Positions 38,824-51,663 of a stretch of 64,000 nucleotides of DNA are shown here, piece after piece. Position 1 is the first letter of the stretch. Every line of letters begins with the position of its first letter. The stretch comes from Cirrosporium novae-zelandiae (taxonomy: Eukaryota). The translations under genes and the position numbers were made by a program. Below the pieces are notes generated by a model that was not told where the DNA came from, did no database searches, and saw nothing but the letters and a program-made list of their open reading frames with translations. The stretch is from the NCBI GenBank assembly GCA_026023565.1, contig JAPETS010000016.1:124001-188000 (forward strand), given 5' to 3'.

Positions 38824-40771
38824 TCATGTGGCGCGGTACTCATCAAACAACTTAGCCAGATGGAAGAAACTTGCTTTATAGTACCGTTCTTGTGTTGTGC
38901 GGTTTACGTACTATTTTATTTGAATAAGAATACCATGTCAGCTCAATTCGATTCTGATTGTGTAATAACAACAAAAACGACAAGTCAGCCATTCTTACCT
39001 GTAACCCAAATTTAACCGTAAACCCGGCAGTCCACTCAAGGTTATCAGCAATCGACCAAGCCAGCGCGCCAACGAGGTTGACACCGTCGGCGATAGCCAT
39101 CAGCATGGCGTGGACGTAATCCTGATAGTAAGCGGTTCTCTGAGGATCGGTGAGGATATCCGCCCTGCTGGTTTTATAATACTCAAAGGGTTCCGTGAGG
39201 CCGAACTCGGAAATCACGATCCCGTTGGCGGGCTTCCACGTGTCTTGGATATGGCGGAGGAAGATGGGGACCCACTCGGTGGCTTTGTGGAGCCAGGCTG
39301 AGTTGGGGTCGGCGGCGGGGCCGATGAGCCAGCCACCCTCGGAGTCGGGGAGGGTGACGGTGTTGTTGTAGCAGAGCGGGTAGAGGGAGTTGCTGGTGTT
39401 GGTGAGGCAGCTGGCGAGGCCGGCGTCGGGAGCCATGTAGTATTTACTTGTGTAGGCGTCGTGGCAGAAGATGTCGCTAGAGCCCTTGATCATGGCTTTT
39501 TCCTCGGAGGTGAATTCGGGTAGGAATTGCGAGGTGAAGTTCTTGACACGGGAGGGGTAGTCGCCTGTTAGGAATAGGGGGTCGGCGAACCAACCTTCCT
39601 GGAAGGCCCAGGCGCGGTTGACAGCTTCTTTGTCCTGCGTGGAGTTTGTGCGGGGGAGCTTGTACCCGCCGTTGAATTTGATGCTGATTGGAGCTGTGAT
39701 GTTGATTGATCGTGCGTATTTATATGCCTTTGCATTGGCGAGGAGCATGTGGCGGCCGCACCAAAATCGCTGCTGGGCATCAGGGATCGTGGATTTCGGG
39801 AAGTATCCATCCGGTACTGGGTATTCTCCACAGAACGAGAGCGGCTCGTTGAACGTGAACCATTGGGGGACTTTGGAGGCCCAACGCTGGAAGAGAACCT
39901 TGGCGTATGCTAAGAAGTCGTCGACTATCCGTTCATCGATCCAGCCGCCGTAGGCGAGCTGCAGATAGAGGGGGAGATCCCAGTGATACAAAGTCACATA
40001 CGGTTTGACCCCGTACTTGATACAAGTGTCAATCACATCGTCGTAATGCTTCAATCCAGCCTCATTGATTTGGCCGTTTCCAAATGGAAAGATTCGTGAC
40101 CATGAGATTGAGAATGAATACACATCAACCCCCATTGCTGCAATACGTTGAATCTCTTAAAAGGGGAGGGTAAGTTTTTGATATTTTCAATGGAATGCAT
40201 CTGATACTTACCGCGCTTGTAAGTGTAGTACTCATTGATCGCCACATCGCCAGTTGCATTATCGGCGATTGTTTGGGCTCTATGAGTAAAGGCATCCCAC
40301 AAGCCTGGACCTCTACCTTCGGCCTTTGCAGCACCCTCAACCTGGTAGGATGCGCTCGAGACACCCCACCAAAAGTCCTTTGGGAACGACCAACTTGCAT
40401 TCTTGGTTTGAGCGACAAACTCTTGTCCAGACAGGTATGAGGGATAGTATAGTGGAGGTGGAGGGATTAGTTCACTTGAAGGTATAGGGGTTGGTTCTAT
40501 GGTCGTCGTCACATCTGCCGTGACAACTGGCCCAATATAGAGGTTCCAGAGATCTTCGCACAGGAATTCAGGTTAAAAATGATCCTCTTCTGAAAAGCAT
40601 ATCGGCCAACATGGCACAGACAGGGCAAAGTATACCTTCAACGGTGATATTCAAATAAGTAGTTGCTGCGGCAGCTGGACTGGTTCCCGTACTATTGCTT
40701 ATAGCTCTGACAGCACGGAAACTTATAAAGGTCGAAAACAACCAAAACGAGATGCGTTGAAAATGCATCAT
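38824..40771 (-). CDS. Glycoside hydrolase family 1 beta-glucosidase, probably secreted (introns ~40554-40635, 40156-40211, 38911-38998)
   Basis: 'FPKDFWWGVSSASYQVEGA', 'FSISWSRIFP', 'TLYHWDLP', catalytic 'TFNEP' and 'ISEFG', 'WSIADNLEW'; N-terminal signal-like peptide. Confidence 0.93.
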
Positions 40772-41559
40772 GACAGTAATAGCTTGCAAATAAATCCAAG
40801 GGAACGAAATCCTTGGGCGATGCAAAAATGTCCATTATATACTCATGCCTTCCGGGGATCATCTGAAATCTGATAGCCAGGAACAAGATGTCTTTTTGCC
40901 GAGCAAATCATATTTGCGGGGTAAGGTCCATCATCTGCAATTTATCCACCAGTATTTATATTATCCACACAAAGTCATCTGTTTTCCGGATAAATTAAAC
41001 AGGTTCTCAAAGAAGCGTTATATACGACAGCACCTATATAGGCTTGGAAAAGTAACGGCCCCGGAATACTGGTGGTGTTTATCACCAGAGCAAACTGTCA
41101 AGCACCCCATCTTGACATGTCCTAAGTGGAGCGCCAAGAGAAGAAAACTCATCCAAGAGGTTGAGAAAGAGGATCTATAACAGCCCGACTAATTCATAAG
41201 GGATACCAAGATGGGGAAGACTTGGAATTGGAAAGGAAATGGAGGAGGAGACGTAAGGAGATATGTAGGCTCAAAGGGTTGATTAAAGCTGGGGTTGCAT
41301 ATGCTGTTTGCACTGTTTGTTCTGTTTGTTCTGTTTGTTCTGTTTGTTGTAATTAATCAAACTCTAATAATTATAGGCACTAAGTGACGCCTTCAGGCTT
41401 AATAAAACGGTTATCCTGATTCTACCCCACAAATCACTTTGTGGTTGTGGAGAACATTGATGAAAAGGAAAAATCTCCAATTCACTATTTTTCTTTCTTT
41501 ATCTTTTTGTACTTTTACCTCGTTATATGCATCCATGCTCTTAATAAGGACCAACCCTC

Positions 41560-43035
41560 TCAATCCAGAACCCAAACCTTCACAGTCCCATCATCCCCTG
41601 TGCTGACAATTACCTCCTCGTTTTCTGTCCTTTTTCCCCGATCAGCTCTTCGCGCCCAGCAGACATGATTGACTTCAAAGACATCATGGGCTGCTTCGAT
41701 TTGGGCTATTATGTGCCATGATGTTGGGATGGAAGATTCCGAGTCTAGTTCTGGATCTGGATCTGGGCTTGGTTCTGTGGGTTCGGGTTCGGGTTGGATG
41801 TCTTCCATGGGAGAGGCTGGGTTTGGGGATTTAGAAGAGATTCCATTGTTGTTTTCAGTTTCGTCTCCATTGGTGTGCTTCTGCGGTTTGTGAGAGTCTG
41901 TCTGTTCACTATCTTGTACTGTTGTATCCTTCATCCCCTCCTCGTATACAACAATCCGTCCATCACTTCCCGTGCTCACAATCCTCCCCGTCCTCTTGCT
42001 CCATGCAACAGCGTAAATGTTCCTCTCGTGCGCTCTCGGTAGCTCTGCTTCTTGCACCCATGTCTCCTCTGGCGAAGATGTCCGAATGATACTTGGGAAG
42101 TGGCCTCCGGCGAAGGGGTTCGGGTCTTGAGTATTTGAGGCGCTAGGTTTGCGATGCCATATTCGGATCGAGAGGTCGTCTGAACAGGAGAGGAGACGAG
42201 GGCCGGATGACTCTTTCCGGGAATTGTATTTTTTTAGGAGGTCGGGGTGGGAGGAGATTTCTGGGGGGGGAGGGATTTTTGGATCTTCCCAGTCCACCAT
42301 CCATACCGTGCCTTCGTGCCCCCGAAGTACACACACGGATTCCCAGTCATTATCAACCTCCTTCCATAATCTGATTGTGTCGTCGTAACTCGAGCTGGCA
42401 AAAAGTTCCTCTGTCGGGTGCCAGGCAACGCACTTGACGTCGCCCTCATGGTCTTGTAGCACTGCTATAGTCTCGTAATTGACATCGCCGTCATCATCAC
42501 CATCGGGAAGTTCCTCCCACACCCATATCGACTTATCACGCGATGAGGTCGCTAGTAAATTTCCAGAAGGCGAGTACGCCACCGATTTAACTTCGGAATC
42601 ATGGCCGTCGAGAACAATAGCAAATTTCCATTCCTCATCATCAGACCCGTCTGAGTTTTCACCGTCACCAATATCTCTCCCCATCGCCCCAAATCCCAAT
42701 CCCTCTTTTTCTGCCTCAGCCCCATATCCATCCCATCGTCTCCAGATCCCTACACTACTATCGAAACTTCCCGTCGCAAGGACACTTTCGCCTTTAAGGT
42801 TGGGTTTCCAGGCGCATGTTCGAACGCTCCGTTTGTGGCCGCCGGAGATAGTGGAGAGGAGTGTAAATGACGTAAGGGAGTATATGCGAACAGAACGGTC
42901 AGAGGAGCAGGTTGCGATGAGAGGAAGCGAAGGATGAGGGGCACTGAGCCAGGTTCGGGAGAGAGATGGGGGATTGAGGAGGGAGAGAAGGGAGAGGGTG
43001 TGTGGGAGCGAGGAAGGCGGGTTAGTGGCAGTCAT
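41560..43035 (-). CDS. CIA1: Cytosolic Fe-S assembly WD40 protein Cia1
   Basis: 'GGHKRSVR', 'LATGSFDS', 'LDGHDSEVKSVA', 'SRDKSIWVWE', 'HEGDVKCVAWHP', 'SYDDTIRLW' and 'AHDVFEVNHVCW'; single exon. Confidence 0.95.
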   Translation of the reverse strand: MTATNPPSSLPHTLSLLSLLNPPSLSRTWLSAPHPSLPLIATCSSDRSVRIYSLTSFTLLSTISGGHKRSVRTCAWKPNLKGESVLATGSFDSSVGIWRRWDGYGAEAEKEGLGFGAMGRDIGDGENSDGSDDEEWKFAIVLDGHDSEVKSVAYSPSGNLLATSSRDKSIWVWEELPDGDDDGDVNYETIAVLQDHEGDVKCVAWHPTEELFASSSYDDTIRLWKEVDNDWESVCVLRGHEGTVWMVDWEDPKIPPPPEISSHPDLLKKYNSRKESSGPRLLSCSDDLSIRIWHRKPSASNTQDPNPFAGGHFPSIIRTSSPEETWVQEAELPRAHERNIYAVAWSKRTGRIVSTGSDGRIVVYEEGMKDTTVQDSEQTDSHKPQKHTNGDETENNNGISSKSPNPASPMEDIQPEPEPTEPSPDPDPELDSESSIPTSWHIIAQIEAAHDVFEVNHVCWARRADRGKRTENEEVIVSTGDDGTVKVWVLD

Positions 43036-43732
43036 GGCTGGTGCCAGGTGTAGACAGGGGGTTCAAGATAGTGTTTTAATCTAGGATAGGTGACCTATAT
43101 GAGGATGGTTTGTTCGTCAAGGAATATTAATAGCTTCCTAGTAATTTTTGCACTCCAAGTTCTTCGATAGTTGGGTATCAAACTCTAGATCAAATATTTC
43201 GTCATCAATCATTCTAGATCATTTAAGCATTTGTAGCGCTGTTTCCTAGCAGAGGCTGATTAGAATGTTTCGGTTCTCATTTAGGCTTTGTAGAAGGCGG
43301 CAACTATAAATAAAAGAGCGAATATAATCATACAATCTTGCAATGCGCCAGTCTATGAGGAAGAGTTGATAAATGGAAGATGAAAATTAGATAAGGAGCC
43401 GAGGGGTATCAGAGCCGGCGTTCTTTCAGACCGGCCCGATCACACGTGCTGTTCGATACCCTCCTCTCTGTGCCCTTACTGTACCCTATTTTATACTAAA
43501 AATGCTGTTCAAATAATTCTTCTATGCGGATAAATAGACATTGGAGGCATTTGAGGATATATCCAGGAGATTCTTATGTGGAATAATAAATCTTGAAACT
43601 CATTTAAATGACATATTTTTGCTACAATCCATCCCAACTTAGTTTTCAGAATCCCCCTTTATTCCCATGCCCAGCCCCGATGTCCACCATAGCCCGAAGG
43701 CGAAATGCGGACAATAAAATGAATTATCATCA

Positions 43733-46700
43733 TCACCATGCCCAGCTCCCAATCCAACCACTTGGATTCTTCCTAACAAAGTATTTTCTTGCCTCATCTA
43801 ACAGCAAAATACCCAAGCCAAATGCCATAGGCAGGAAGTAGTGCTCAATGGGAACACTACTAGTACCAAGAACGGTGTGGAAAGCTGGAACATAGAGCCA
43901 GAAGAATGCCATGATAAGGGCAAAAATAATAGCCGGAAAGAGATATATATTTGAAGTTGCTTTATTAAAAAGAGGAGGATGTTGAAATATGCTTCTACGG
44001 CGCGTGCGGAGGGCTAGGAGGTTGAACCATTGCCTGATTTATGATTGTTAGTAACATGTTGCAGCAATGGCAATGAACGAAAGAACTCACATAACAACCA
44101 AATTGATAAAATAAATACTGCTCGCCTCGTTCAACCTTGCCGTATAATAGTCCTCTGTCATACCCGTGGGAATCTCTCCAAACCCAAACCATAGCACCGA
44201 GAACGTGATCCCCTTGCGTTCTAGATACCAATAAGACATTGCGAAACTAGCGATTGTTTCGATAACCCCCACAAATCCGTAAGACTGAAGGATGAGTTTC
44301 CAGTCAACAAGACGATCTTTGCGTGGGTCGCGGGGTGGACGCAACATCACATCGAACTCGGGTTTTTCGTACGCAAGGCTGGTTGCGGCAGCACAATCGG
44401 TAAAGCAACAAATAACAATCATTAGGAATGAGCTAAGCACCTGCGGCAACCCAAACAAGACATTCGTAAATACTGGCCAGAATTCCGAGAAACTTCCGGC
44501 GGGTAGGAGGTAAGCGATGGTCTTTTTTAAATTGTCAAAGACTACTCTTCCATAGAGGACAGCTTGAACAATCGCATCAAAACTCTCCATCAATACCATA
44601 TCGGCCGCTTCGATAGCAATATCACTACCAGATCCTAGAGCAATACCGATATCCGCCTCTTTCAATGAAGGAGAGTCATTGACACCATCGCCAGTCATAG
44701 CGACAATGTTGTGACGGGCCTTAAACTCCTTAACGATCCGAAGCTTTTGCTCAGGAGTTGTGCGTGCAAATACTATTTCAGTATAGCTCGCGAGTTGTTC
44801 CCATTGAGCTTCATTTAAGGCTTGGAGTTCTGGGCCGCTGAGAACGATTGATGAAACAGGCCCTTCCCCGAATGGATAAGAACATTCAGGAAAGGATCTC
44901 TCGGGAGGGATAAAAGCAAGGTTTCGAGATAGAGCGGAGACATCATCAATCATGGCTGGAGAATTGGTAATTATACCACATTCTGTAGCGATTGCTTGGG
45001 CAGTGAGTTTGAAATCTCCGGTGACCTGGGATGTAGTCAGTACTACTCCATCGTTATTAGGCATTTAGAATAAATTTCATTGGTCAGTCTATCGAGATGT
45101 TGATACCATTATAATTGAATATCGAGAAACATACCATGAAAATGCGGATGCCTGCCCTTCGCAAAGTATCCACCACATCTGGTATTTCGTCACGAGGTGG
45201 ATCAATGATACCGACAAGGCCGATCAAAGTCAAGCCAGATGCAGCGTGATGCATCATCACCTTCTCATAATCCCTAGACGTGGGTGAAGCGTTGATGGCA
45301 GATCGATCGAGGATCTTTCTCGCGAGGAGAATCACGCGTTTTCCTTGGCTAGACCATTCATCTTTTAAAGCTTCGATCTTAGACAAAGTTGCCAAGTCCA
45401 AAGAATGAACAGTACCATCTATCTGAATGAACTTGTCACAGCGGCCTATCAGAACATCCGGGGCGCCTTTGATAGTAAAGAGCCTAGAATAACCACGTTA
45501 GCAATTAAAGCTTCGGAGCCTAGCCAAAAACTCGAGGGAACACACAAATTGTTCATATCAAAGGTCTCCTCAGGAGCAAGAGCGATTTTGGGCCCATCAA
45601 GATCATCAGTCTCGAATACCCGAACCATAAATTTGTTCTTGCTGTTAAAACTTATTTCAAATACTTTCTTCCACATTCTTCGTAGAGTTGAAACAGGTCC
45701 AAGCCCTTCTGAGAATCTTAGAATAGCTTGGTCAGTAGCATCACCATTAATTCTCTTTTCGGACAATGGCTGATTGGCAGTCGATGCATCAAACTCGCCG
45801 GCATTGCATAGAGCTGTGGCTGCCCGAAACTGGCTGAGAGAATTTTTAGGGGAGTTGGGAGTTCTAGCTTCGATGAGAAATTCATCATGTATGGCCTCGG
45901 AGCACATTGTTTGAGTACCAATGACACATTCGGTAACCCACATTTCATTCTAGAAGGTAGGTGTTAGATAGCTCTCTTCGTAGTATCAGTGGGGACTGAA
46001 AGTGTCAAAATGAAAAACGTGCTTACCTTCGTTAGTGTTCCAGTCTTATCGGAACAGATGACAGATACTGCTCCAAGGGTTTCAACTGTCTTGAGGGATT
46101 TGCAAAGAATCTTGTTTTGCCTCATTATATTGGCGCAGATAGTCAGGCTAGCAGTCAAGGCAATTGGAAGACCCTCAGGAATAAACGCTACTGCGATACT
46201 AACACAATCAACAATCAATTCTGGTACACTGATCCAGTTAGGATGAGCTTTTCTTATCCAAGTTGCCCTAGAAGGAAAAGTCAGAGATCTGTATTGAGTC
46301 TAGTGGACGACAACTTACCAGACAATAGCAACGATTATGATCATTATGAGCATTAGTGAGCATATGATTACCACAAACCGTAAGATCTCTTTTTGTAGAG
46401 TAGTTCTGGCTAGATTGGGCTGACTTGTAAGTTTTGCTATGCGACCAAACACGGTGCGATCCCCAGTTGAAATAACAATGCCAATTCCAGTACCTGAGAT
46501 ACAATGGGTACCTTGAAGTCCAATGCAATGTGTTTCAAGATAATTGTCATCCGTTGAGTCAACACTTCCGTGGGTGGGTTTTGATTCACCTAATGTATCA
46601 TGTGTTAAACAATGACCAGCTCAGCTGATGGGTAGCCGTCAAGAATGCTTACCTGTCATGATTGACCGATCGAATTTTGCATCAGGGGAAATCTCAACAA

Positions 46701-47569
46701 ATCTTACATCGGCAGACAGCTTATTTCCAGCCTTTATCAGAAGAACATCACCTGGAACAAGGCTCAGTGGGTCGGTTTGAATCTGTGAGCTATTACGTAT
46801 GACTAGACACATATCTGGGAGAAGCTTGGTAATAGAGGCCATGACCCTTGACGACGACCAATCTTGCCAAGCATTGAAGGCAGCTTGGATAAAGAAAACA
46901 GCAAGAAGTACAATGGCCAGAGCCAAGTTGGCTACAGCAGGTGGGTTGCCTAATGGCTTCCAACATACAAATACCAGAATGCTAGCAGTCAAGAGAACAG
47001 ATCCAAAGCCACCGAAGAAGTATTGAAAGGCTTTCTGGAAAAGGTGCGTTGGCGGTAGCGAAGGAGCATTCTTGCCGTAATCTTCGAGGCGTCGATGAAC
47101 TTGATTATCCGATAAACCATGTTTGATTGACGTCGATAACCGAATGCAAAGCTCATGTGGAGAGATACGATGCCAGTCAAGATTTGCAAACTCTAGGGTC
47201 CATTAGTGACAGAACCAACAATAGACCTTGTCACATATCATGAAAACTTGCCTGTAGCTGCACCCTGCTTTGCTTTCTTAAGCTCTAAGATATCCCTTTC
47301 TTTAGATTCCTCGAGGCCGATAGAGCTATCGAAAGGTGAACAAATCAACAATGTTTAAGAAATGATGATTCATACATGGTTCGATAAACAGGAGGAATAA
47401 TCGTTGATGGGTCAATAGTATTCCTATGAGGACGAATACTGTGAATCGACAAGGAGCTATTCTGACGGCTCAGCTTGGGACGGGGGCTATTTGCAGCCTC
47501 TTCATCTGTGGCATATTGAATGTGAATCTCGTTTTTTCTCGAGTTAGTATTATTCTTTTGGTCTGCCAT
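43733..47569 (-). CDS. P-type cation ATPase, Na+/K+(H+/K+)-ATPase-like (P2C/ACU-type), multi-exon
   Basis: 'TG|ES' split by an intron, 'VAFIPEGLP', 'CSDKTGTLT', 'KGAPD', 'DPPR', 'FARTTPEQKL', 'TGDGVNDSP' and 'SLAYEKPE'. Confidence 0.92.
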
Positions 47570-48393
47570 GACAGTTATGAGATAGAAAATGTACTGTGTA
47601 CAGAGATAGATAGGCGAGGAAAGGATAGAGATAAAAAGAAAAGGACCAGATGGAAGATTTTTTTATAGACATTGGGTGATTCTATAACTACTACGGAATA
47701 CCAAGAATGGGATACTCACAAGCCTAATATCTAGACTGTCCGCTAATACTGTTGCAATGAAAGGTTAGATGGCCTCAAAACAAGATTGATGGATAGCAGC
47801 CAAGATCAAATAAGCCAAAGTATACAGAAAAATCGCGCAACATTGCCGTCAGCACTGAGATGAAGTTGAAGGTAGGATAGTGGGAGTAACTTTGTATGAG
47901 GGATTTTCAGTAAACAGTTGAAGGTGAGAGTCGCTAATGTTACTGAAGTCGCTGTGATTGAATTAATCGTTGATCATCAATCCAGTCGACGGATTCCCTA
48001 ATTGAGGAAGAGGTTGATGCTCAGCCACCTCAAAACCTTATGCAGAGAAGCCATCTGGCTATCGTCAATTTTTCTTTGGTTAGCGATCCTAGTCTTGCGA
48101 TAATTTCATGAATCCCTGCTCAAGTCGCCAACTTGAAGTGGTTACTTTCTCTACAACTCACAGATATCAGATTTGTCGATGTGGAGGAAAGAAATTAAGG
48201 TATCGGGTAAAGGAGAGGTCATATGGTGGTCAAGGCGGATGAAGCCAAGTTTTCTTATACGTCACCCACCAATGATAGAGCCCCTGCTGGAATATACAAC
48301 ATTACTTGCATACGCGAGGTATAGTATCCACTCACCACCCCACCCAACTGGAATTTTTCATATGCCAATTTGCGCACAATTTATTTCACAAAT

Positions 48394-48475
48394 GGGCGTG
48401 TAGCTCAGGGGTAGAGCGCTCGCTTTGCATAGTTAAAACTGCGAGAGGTCTTGGGTTCGATTCCCAACTCGTCCA
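48394..48475 (+). tRNA. tRNA-Ala(UGC) with 10-nt intron
   Basis: Acceptor GGGCGTG/CTCGTCC with G3:U70; D-arm GCTC..GAGC; anticodon stem CTCGC/GCGAG with TGC; intron TAGTTAAAAC after position 37; T-loop TTCGATT. Confidence 0.96.
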
Positions 48476-48692
48476 CATATCACCGTTACCTTTAAAAGGC
48501 AGAGGATTTACGTTTTTGGTCACTAATAACCTAGCAAATGTTTTTGCTTCCATAGATTGTAAAGGTATCTTATTCTATAAGACTCTGTTAATGCATAATA
48601 AAGGGTGTTAACACCTTCAGGATGCATACTATCACTATATCTACCCATGTTGGCGTTAGACCAAATGGTACGTCTATAATTCCCCTTCCCCT

Positions 48693-49462
48693 TTACTTTT
48701 TCACGTCTTCTACAGGTGTCACCTTTTTGACGACTTTTGCTGGTGACCCGATTGCCACTGACCATGGTGGGATATCTTTTGTAACGATCGATCCAGCACC
48801 AATGGTGCATCCCTTCCCGATATGCACTCCAGGCAAAATAGTAACATGCCCACCAATCCAGCAATCATTTCCAATCGTCACCTCCCGTGCATACTCGATA
48901 TTATCTCTTCGCGATTGGACCTCTGTTTCGTGGGTTGCTGCGAAGATACTAACAAACGGACCGAACATAACACGGTCCCCAATTGTCACAAGACTGCAAT
49001 CAAGAATGACCAAGCTATATTTGCAACTGAGCAATGGGTTGTCTTAAACGGAAAATGGAAGATACGTACTTGAAGTTCGCATAGAATCGATCTCCAAGAG
49101 AGATATTGCATCCATAGTCGACATGGAATGGAGGGTCAATGAATGATCCTGGCCCCAGCTTGCCAACGAGTCCTTTGAGCATATTTTCACGATCTGCTGT
49201 AAGGGATGCAGGGGTTGAATCATCAGGAAAATAGTTGTTGTACTTTGCTACTATACGTCTTGCTCGGTGCCGCCCTTCTAACAATGCAGGATCTACCGGA
49301 TCGTAGCTGTCTTTTGTATGAGTATAGCCCTTCTTCAAAATAGGAGATAACCCTTTCTTACAGCATCCCGGATATCATTCGTTCGTATTGCTCACACCAA
49401 GGAACATTTTCAAATGCTTTTGCAGTCTGTATAAGGTCCTGGTTCTTTTCTGTGCTCGCCAT
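48693..49462 (-). CDS. Maltose/galactoside O-acetyltransferase (hexapeptide-repeat family), 3 exons
   Basis: 'PWCEQYERMISGML', 'IDPPFHVDYGCNI', 'IGNDCWIGGHVTILPGVHIG' and 'IGAGSIVTKDIP'. Confidence 0.92.
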
Positions 49463-50817
49463 AATTTCTAGATGATTCTCTGTTGTTGAACTGTAGTTTT
49501 TGAGGATCTTTTGTAATTAATTAAAGCACTCTCTGTCGGAAAGGATTTCAAAAGTTTCTGAGTTGTGAGGTAATGGACAAGTAAACAATTTTCCGCCCTG
49601 GCTAGCAGTGTTAAAGGTTAACCCGTCCGGCTGTTATTTATACGTAATACACTTGGTAGCAGAAGCCAAGATGTGGAAGGCACACAGTTGCTAAAAAAAG
49701 CTGTACTTACAAATTGTTTCTTCACTATTTCCCTGCGGAATGGTGCAATTAAGGCAGTTGGAATTTGCTATTGCGGCCTAGAAAAGCATCACTACAAAGG
49801 AGGATCTCACGAACTGAAGTCATCCACATTGTCAGACGAATCAATCATCAGCTAATTACTCCGCGTTCCCCACAAAGCCTCCGTAGCACATATGATTGTT
49901 AGTGAGCGCACATATGTATGTTAGCATGTATTGTGTCACCATTCCAATTCAGACATGTACTATTATTGGCATTGTGTTGTAGTACACAATACTGTATCTG
50001 CCAAGGTGTTCATTTAAGCTACAACGCTAGGCCGCAAAAGGACGGGCTGCAACCCTACATTAGGCCTCGTCTGATGATGATAAGATCATAACTGAAGAGC
50101 TGTTCTTCCAAGATTGATACTCAAAGCGTGCTTAGTCAAAACAAGTATATTGTGAACCTGTTTTATTAGCTTACGCCCGAGACCCTGTAATGTGAATATC
50201 CTAATCATTTTACTACAGCGAGCTTGGGTATTGAATGGTGTTGATGAGCATACCACACATGAACCTAGAAAAGCGATGTTCAATAGCAGCGAGAACGCAT
50301 CAAGAACGGTTATCCTCATGAGGATAGATCAAACTCAGTCCATAGCTTGCGAAGAATAGGGGAAGAACCACTTTCATGGGCGTTTACTCGCAAGGTCCGT
50401 GTTGATGAAAGGCCAGGTGAGAAGCCTGATGCTGTTGTAGCATTTAACGTGACTCGTTGTAGGCGTAGAGTTAATTGTGGCAATTGAGCATGCTCAAGGC
50501 CCATAGAAAAAACAATAAGAACCTGGTGTTAAGCGATGAAGCTATCGATTGGGTAGGATAGTCTCATTGGTATTCATAATCGTGGTTGATATAGCGAGGG
50601 CCAAAAATAAGAGGGATGCTATTCCTCAAACCAAACTATATCATAGATTTGATCATTATATTTTTCTGGTTCTTCGTCCAAAATTCTCGTATCATCAATA
50701 TAGCAGGCACTAGGTCAAGATAAGCATAGATGTGAGCTCCAGCGGCCCCTCAGGCAGGAGGGTATTTGTATCATTATATACTACAAGCACCATCTCTCTC
50801 ACAAAATAGGCCTTTCA

Positions 50818-51223
50818 TCATGACTTATCTTCCTTCTTCTCCTGGGCCTTCTTCCACAAACTTCCAATCCTGTCCTCTAACCCATCTCTAACTTTGCCCC
50901 AATCAGTCTCTTGGGCGGATCTAACCACTTTTGTCACCTCATTGTTCCAGCCATCTTTCCACGTCTGTATCAAGCTCGTTCGATTAACAATATATCTTGG
51001 TGGAGCGGGCTCTTCCGGTAGTGGTTCGACAATGGAATTTAGAATGAAGACTTGCTGCCGGAGGAGGGCTGATTGGTATTGACGGTTTTGTCGATGTATA
51101 GCGAGGGAGAGATAGAGAACACCGGTAGTGAGGGTTAGACCACCGAACTAAAAGGGCGGATTAGCAGCTGCAAGACTCTTGAGCCCTCATGGAATAGCAT
51201 ACAAAACCAGAAGTGAAACCCAT
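50818..51223 (-). CDS. MIC12: MICOS complex subunit Mic12 (absent from the ORF track; intron ~51148-51202)
   Basis: Manual translation gives MGFTSGF|FGGLTLTTGVLYLSLAIHRQNRQYQSALLRQQ...WKDGWNNEV...TDWGKVRDGLE. Confidence 0.85.
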
Positions 51224-51663
51224 GACCTAAGACAGGGGACCTTAAAGCCCGGTATCGGTGAAGAGAGAACGGGATCCGAGAAGTACAAATAGTTAAGTTG
51301 ATGATCTATTCAAAAGGGTTGGCCCGGATTTTACCCATAGTCGACTTATAGAGGAGTATTACTGCAGAAAAGCTGAAGGTTTAAGAGCTTCAAAGACCAA
51401 TGACATCGGGTTTCTACTAGCGGTAGAAATTCTGCCATAGAACAGAGCCTCGTCTAGTCCTACCCAGCCTAGACGCCCGCGAAGCCTCAATTCCGACTCC
51501 GCTAGCGCATTCTCAGCATCAAGATTTCCATTATCCCAATTACCAATTGATCAGGTTCACTAATAAATTCCCACGCTTTTAATCTTTTAGCTATACCGAT
51601 TCCTACAATACCCCTCTCCCCTCCACAACTCACCCATAGCAAACACTTCACTCACCCTCCACA

